Shown here piece after piece: positions 57,966 to 64,000 of a stretch of DNA of 64,000 nucleotides. The first letter of the stretch is position 1, and every line of letters begins with the position of its first letter. The notes below the pieces were generated by a model, which ran no database searches, was not told the DNA's origin, and worked only from the letters and a program-made list of their open reading frames with translations. A program made the translations under genes and the position numbers. This DNA is from Eledone cirrhosa (lineage: Eukaryota). The stretch lies in NCBI GenBank assembly GCA_964016885.1, contig OZ024754.1, positions 24,428,001-24,492,000 of the forward strand, read 5' to 3'.

Positions 57966-59700
57966 TAGTTTTGCGAGGTTTTTTATATGAAATCGTGTGT
58001 CGAAACAGATATTGTTATATAGACGATATCAATATAGTTATAAGAACACCCCCACTAGAGAGCACTAACAAGTTTGATTTAGAACGTAGCACGATGGAAA
58101 GCATCCAGCAGATAGCTAATTACACTAGAGTATAACTGTAACTATAGACTTCCCTTCCAAACACCCTAACAATAGACTACCTGTATTAGACACAGAACTC
58201 TGGATTAACACTATAGACGAGAGAGCCCAAATTCTCCACTCACACTATGCTAAACCCATGGCCTCCAAATACCTGATACTCAAAAACTCAGCAATGTCCA
58301 GTAGTGCTAAGTTTAATATTCTGATCGCAGATTTGGTACGAGTGATGAAGAATGTGTCCAGCATGTGCGACCCAACAGAAATGGAAGGACACATCCAACA
58401 CTTCATCAACCGCATGCAGTTCTCTGGCTACAACCAAAGAGACAGAGTCAGAGTATACGAAGGAGCCATGGAAAAGTATAAGACCCTCATAGAACTGGAC
58501 ATGAAAGGAATTTGCCCACTATACAGGAGCAAATCATGGAATAGCTTAGATAGGGCTAGACATAAGATAGGGAAGGCCACATCATGGTACGACAACCAGA
58601 GATATCAGAGTGTCATGTTTGTGGACGCCACCCCTGGAGGGAAATTAGCTAACCAGTGTAGAAAGGCCCTGAGAAAGACCCACTTAAAAATAAAGGTGGT
58701 AGAAAAGCCAGGAACCACCATAAAATCCCTGATCAGCAAAACCTACCCTTTTAAGAAAACCCACTGTACCAATAGGAAATGTATCATATGTAAGGTGAAC
58801 CCCCGGATAAACTGTAAAACTAGAAACGTAGTCTATAGCATAAGATGTACAGAGGGTACTTGCAGAAACATGACAACAACATACATAGGTGAGACAGCTC
58901 GTAGCATAGGTGAAAGGATAGACCAACACTGGGGGGAACTAAAAGGACGAAAAAACGGGTCAGTACTATACGAACATGCTAGACAACAACATGACGGTAA
59001 CATAGACAACATAGAAATTAGAATAATATCTAAACATAGGAATGACCCAGCAGATAGGCAAATCAGAGAGGCCAGTGAAATAGAAATTAGAAGACCAAAG
59101 CTAAACAGAAAGAATGAGTGGAACAACAACAACACCCAAACAAACAACACTGACCTAAGAGAAGTATAAATAAGTAAATAAAATAAAATAAAATAAGATA
59201 AATAAATACATACACAAGCACAATAACAACAAGCACATAAACACACACTAGTCACCCAGCAGACACAACACTATACACACTAGTCACACATCACACATAA
59301 CACTATACACACACGCAAACGCATGCGCAAAGAAGACAAAATAAAATAAGATAAACAAACAAGCAAATAAATAAATAAATATATAGACAGACTGAACAAA
59401 AAAAATGGCGTAGACATACAACACAACAGGAGGAACAATGAATATAACACCACTGACGATGTTGTAGATGTGCAACGAAAGATTTATGTAAATTATGTAA
59501 ACTATATATATGTGTTTGTGTCTATATTGTATCTGTATTATTTTTGACCGCCGGTCAGTCAATGGCAACATTGAGGACCGAGTAAGTTAGATCGCAGATA
59601 TAAAAGACAGCGAGAAGCGAAAACCAACCAAACAGTGAGTGTGTTCTGTTATTAATTCTGGCAATATTACGCAAATATGACCCTCCCCAAATATAACAAT
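57965..59700 (+). mobile_element. 5'-truncated Penelope-like element, sister family of 48158
   Basis: YIDDINIV, LPVLDT, intact 303-aa thumb/linker/GIY-YIG ORF 58258-59169; short inverted tail 57965-58018. Confidence 0.95.
59451..59488 (+). ncRNA. Minimal type I HHR in PLE pLTR
   Basis: CA-CTGACGA-T-GTTGTA gatg TGCAAC-GAAA-GATT-TA-TG. Confidence 0.75.
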
Positions 59701-59802
59701 ATATATATATATATTCATTTATATATAAAGGAGGTGTTTCTCCTGTGAACCAGTAGATAATGGTCAAGGTTTTAATGAAAGGTAGTGACTGCCATATTAT
59801 TT

Positions 59803-59857
<55 letters not shown>

Positions 59858-60007
59858 TGTTCTTGTTCATGTTGTTGGTGTTGTAACAGATATAAAAGTC
59901 AATGGCCAGTTTTAAGTCGTACATGTAGTTTAAACCATTGAAAGCTTTTAAATTTGTTTTTCAATATAAAGCTTTGAAAATCTGGATATTAATCATTATG
60001 GTCATGG

Positions 60008-60182
60008 GGTGGATTGGCAGTATCGGTAGAGGGTCGGACGCCATGCTTTGACGCATATAGTTACGGCCCTTTCCAATCTGAGTTCAAATCCCGCCGAGGT
60101 TAACTTTGCCTTTCATCCTTACGGGGTCGATAAAATAAAGTACCAGTAATTGCTGGCCTTGTGCCAAAAGTAAAAACAATTA
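60008..60182 (+). mobile_element. SINE family 1
   Basis: Consensus match. Confidence 0.85.
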
Positions 60183-60679
60183 TGTTCATGGAACTATCTA
60201 TGGTATACTATGATTGAGATAATTTATTTTGATCTGTATTTTGTAACATTAAGGGATCGTAAATTAAGTGTTTGAAGGATTGTAAAACCACGAGAATTAT
60301 CAAAATAATACATTAGTGATCAGGTCACATTTATCAATTGCTTGGCAACATCGTTGCATTGGTATTTTTAAAGATTCACGAAATCTTTAATTGTATAGAA
60401 AGTTTTATAAACATATGAAAGTACAAGGAGCGTATAAGTGATTTGATTAATTTTCGATATAAATTCCACATAAAAACAACCCCCAACTTTACTTGTAACT
60501 GAGAACAAGTTGCGTTTTCTTATAGAATTATAAAAAATGTTTAAATCTTTATCGATTTTATTTTAAATCATAAGATTAAATAGAAATACACACATATAGT
60601 CAATAAATTATTCGTTTAAACATAAACATATTTGTCAACTAAATTTTACAAGAAGTTTATATATATATATATATATATA

Positions 60680-60909
60680 CAGTGGCGGTGGAAACATATC
60701 TGAATTGGGGGGTGGAAGGCAAATTTGGACGATTTAGTTGTGGTGATTAGTTTAGTTCGCTGCACTCTAAATGGTCAGAAAACTTCAATAAACATAACAT
60801 GTACTTAAATTGTAGCTCATATTCAAATAGATGTGTGATTTGGTAGTTTGGGGAGAAAATATAATTATTGGAGGGTGAATGCCCCCCCCCCCCAGTTTCA
60901 CGGCCACTG
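60680..60909. mobile_element. MITE (hAT-like termini)
   Basis: TIRs cagtggcggtggaaac / gtttcacggccactg flanked by (TA)n. Confidence 0.7.
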
Positions 60910-61054
60910 TATATATATAATTAAAAACAAATTATGTTCTGTGCCCTTTCCTAAGGGGTTAATATATCGAGCTTCTTTGCATTTGGTAAGAAAGTTGTAT
61001 TATACCCAATTTATTCATATATATATATATATATATATACATATATATATTCAT

Positions 61055-61530
61055 TATCCCTCTCCGTATATCTACAACCACCAATTTCTTCCCTCTCTAT
61101 ATCTACTAAACGGTACTCTCTTCCAATCCCCCTCTCTATATCAATTAACACCAAACTCTCCCCCTCTCTATATCAATTACCACGAAACTAACCCCTCTCT
61201 ATATCTATCATACAACACTCTCTCTCATTCTCTCTCACTCTATCCATCACTACCAAACTCTGCCCCTCTATATATCTATCAATACCTATGTCTATCAATC
61301 CTCTCACTCTATTCATTCCCACCAAACTCTCCCCCTCTAAACATCAACCATACAACATACTCTCCCAATGCTCCCCTCTATAATAATTAACACCAAACTC
61401 TCCCCCTCTTTATACCTACTACACGGAACACTTTTCCAATCCTCCTCTCTATATCAATTACCACCAAACTATACCCCTCTCTATATCTACAATACAACAA
61501 TCTCTCTCATTCCCTCTCACTCTATCCATA
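61055..61530. repeat. Degenerate C/T-rich minisatellite
   Basis: Recurrent caccaaactctcccctctctatatc. Confidence 0.75.
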
Positions 61531-62268
61531 AAAGATCACAATTATATACTATACAGTCGTCCGAGAAACAGCTTTATGGAAATATCCGAAGCAATGGAAA
61601 GGGTCGTATAATTTTATGACTTAACTCAATGTTTTACGTGGGTAAATGTGGACTGTAGTAGAAAATTCAGGCTTAGTAACTTTCTTAATGTCCGAGCAAG
61701 AAGCGTAAAAATCTAATTTTTGTCAGTTTGCCAAACTGTAAGTTGAAATTATTATTTAGGAGAAGGAGGCGCATAACTGAGAGACGGCGGTGTACGTTGT
61801 AGAGCTAGCTTAGGGCGCTAGATACCCAGACACTGGCCCTGCCGACAGACATAGAAATATAGATTGATAGATCGACACAAAATGTCTACTATAAAATAGT
61901 ATTGAAAAAGAGGTGAACAAGTTCAAATAATGAAAAACTCATTGAATATTCTGAAAGATTTATTTTTAATCCCATTCAACTCCTTTTCCCAGTTTCAGTT
62001 GTTTAGTTTGAATGTCAAGACGTCCGCAGAAAAGGACTTCTGAAGGATTAACTGTGAGGACATTAGAGCTTACATGATAACACTTGACTAGGATTGTGGG
62101 ATTGTTAACGGGGAAGGAGGGGGCCTAATAAAACAAACAAACGATCGAGATAATAGAGGAATGAATTAATAGTCGAGGACAGAAAGGATTTTAGTTGGGA
62201 GTGATTATATACGAATATATAACGGAAGGAATGAAAATGTCAGAAGTAGAAAAAAGTATGGAGTGAAA

Positions 62269-62462
62269 TAATTGTTTCTACTTTTGGCACAAGGCCAGCA
62301 ATTATCCCAGTGGATTACTGGTACTTTATTTTATCGACCACGTAAGGATGAAAGGCAAAGTTAACCTCGGCGGGATTTGAACTCAGTCCGTAAAGGGACG
62401 CAACTGTGCTGCAAAGCATGGTGTTCGACCCTCTACCGATACTGACAATCCACCGCCCTTAA
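62269..62462 (-). mobile_element. SINE family 1
   Basis: Consensus match. Confidence 0.85.
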
Positions 62463-62484
62463 TGTGTATGGAATGAAATAATGG

Positions 62485-62757
62485 TAGAATGAGTGGAGTA
62501 TAGAATGAGTGGAGTGTGGAACGAGTGGAGTGTGGGATGAGTGGAGTTGGAATGAGAGGAGTGTGGAATGAGTGGAGTATAGAATGAGTGGAGTGTGGTA
62601 TGAGTGGAGTGTGGAATGGGTGGAGTGTGGAATGAGTGGAGTGTGGAATGAGTGGAGTGTGGAATGAGGAGAGTTGGAATGAGTGGAGTGTGGAATGAGT
62701 GGAGTGTGGAACGAGGGGAGTTGGAATGAGTGGAGTTGGAATAAGGGAGTTGGAATG
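62485..62757. repeat. 15-16-bp tandem repeat
   Basis: (gagtggagtgtggaat)n, ~17 copies. Confidence 0.95.
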
Positions 62758-64000
62758 AAAACGACCTGTGGTTAGGGAGGGAGTGACATGCTAAAGAGAA
62801 TGAAAGGAAAGAATGTTTAAAATGGGAGCCGAGTGAGACAGGAGTATATAACTGAATGAAATAAAAGGAGTAGAGAAAGGAATAACATTTGGAAAATGAT
62901 GGGGAGATGAAAGAGTGAATAAAAATCAGTAAATAAGAGAAAGAGAAAAGTTAAGTTGAAAGATGAACGAAAGAAAATAAATGCCAAAAAATTGAATGAT
63001 AGAAGAGAAAACTAGAGATGCATGAGCGAAGAAAAATTAGTAAAAAGACAAATGAAAATAAGTAGAGAGATGAATGAAAAGAGAAAAAGTAAATAAAAAT
63101 ATGAATGAAAATGATAAATAAATAGAGACGAATGAAAAAAAATAAATAAAAAGATGAATGAAAAAAAAAATTTATATAAAGACGAATGAAATCTTAAGAT
63201 AGAAAGTTGAGGCAACATGCTGGTGAATTTAACAGTAGACCCAGAAGGTACCAACCGCTTTCTGATTTGTTAACCATCGAATGTATAGTAGTGGAAACAT
63301 GTGACATCCTGTGTCATCTCTACCACTTCCTTTCTTACTACGATTGGGAGAGTGCTGAACACCCACAAGAATGAGCCACATAAGATCGACTGACTTTTCA
63401 GGTCGTTTCTCTTGCTAGCCTCATGAGTAAAGCCTTTTGCAGTGCTATTAGGTTTTGCACTTCAGAGTGACAGAACGAGCGAACGAAAGAACGGGATGAC
63501 CTTTCATTGATTAATTTGTTCCGAGAGTAGAAATTTATAGAACTTAAAATCTTACTCAGTAGATTTAACTAAATATAATTTTAACCATTTGGTGTAATCA
63601 ATCACTCAAGTTTCCTTAACTGATGTAGCCAGTCTGAAGGTGGTGGTGGTGGGGGGGCACACTAAATGTTTGATTCTGTGTTCATCATTTCAAAGGACCT
63701 GAGAAATAATTGGCAGTGCCGTGTCTGTGAAGGCCATGGACAGTCCCTTCCCCAGCCCTAAACAGAACATCAACGGTATCGTAATATCTATTTTTTAAGG
63801 GTCTGTGAAGGTCATGGTCCTTTCCGACAGCACTACCAAGTAAAACAAAATACATTCCTAATGTAAGTGATTGAATGTAAACTCTTGTTCATTCTCGTAC
63901 TTCTTTATAGTCAAAAATTACATATGGAATGTCGAGTTCTCCTTCTGTTATAGCCACCTACACCTTCCACTATGACCTGCTTATTACACTAGTTTCCACA

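Noticed and set aside
62760-64000. Possible host exon in non-repetitive end of window
   Set aside because: No recognisable ORF or protein similarity

Overview
AT-rich, microsatellite-saturated eukaryotic DNA with no supportable host gene. The repeat spectrum resembles an octopus/cephalopod genome (inference). Nearly all listed ORFs are translations of (TA)n/(CA)n/(GA)n/(CAT)n tracts. The real content is decayed or nested mobile DNA: at least 6 Penelope-like element (PLE) RT/GIY-YIG remnants, CR1-like, Tx1/L1, R4/Dong, HERO and RTE LINE fragments, two tRNA-derived SINE families, Helitron-type elements and a MITE. The main observation is about 15 sequence-distinct families of short, mostly non-coding PLE pseudo-LTR/retrozyme-like units. 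Each carries a minimal type I hammerhead ribozyme (HHR) motif, about 30 copies in 64 kb. Cores include non-canonical variants fixed within families (U3-A8 UUGANAA, CAGAAGA, CCGAYGA). The units are often inserted as head-to-head palindromes in (TA)n tracts, with junctions clustering at the ribozyme. All folds and coordinates were read by eye.
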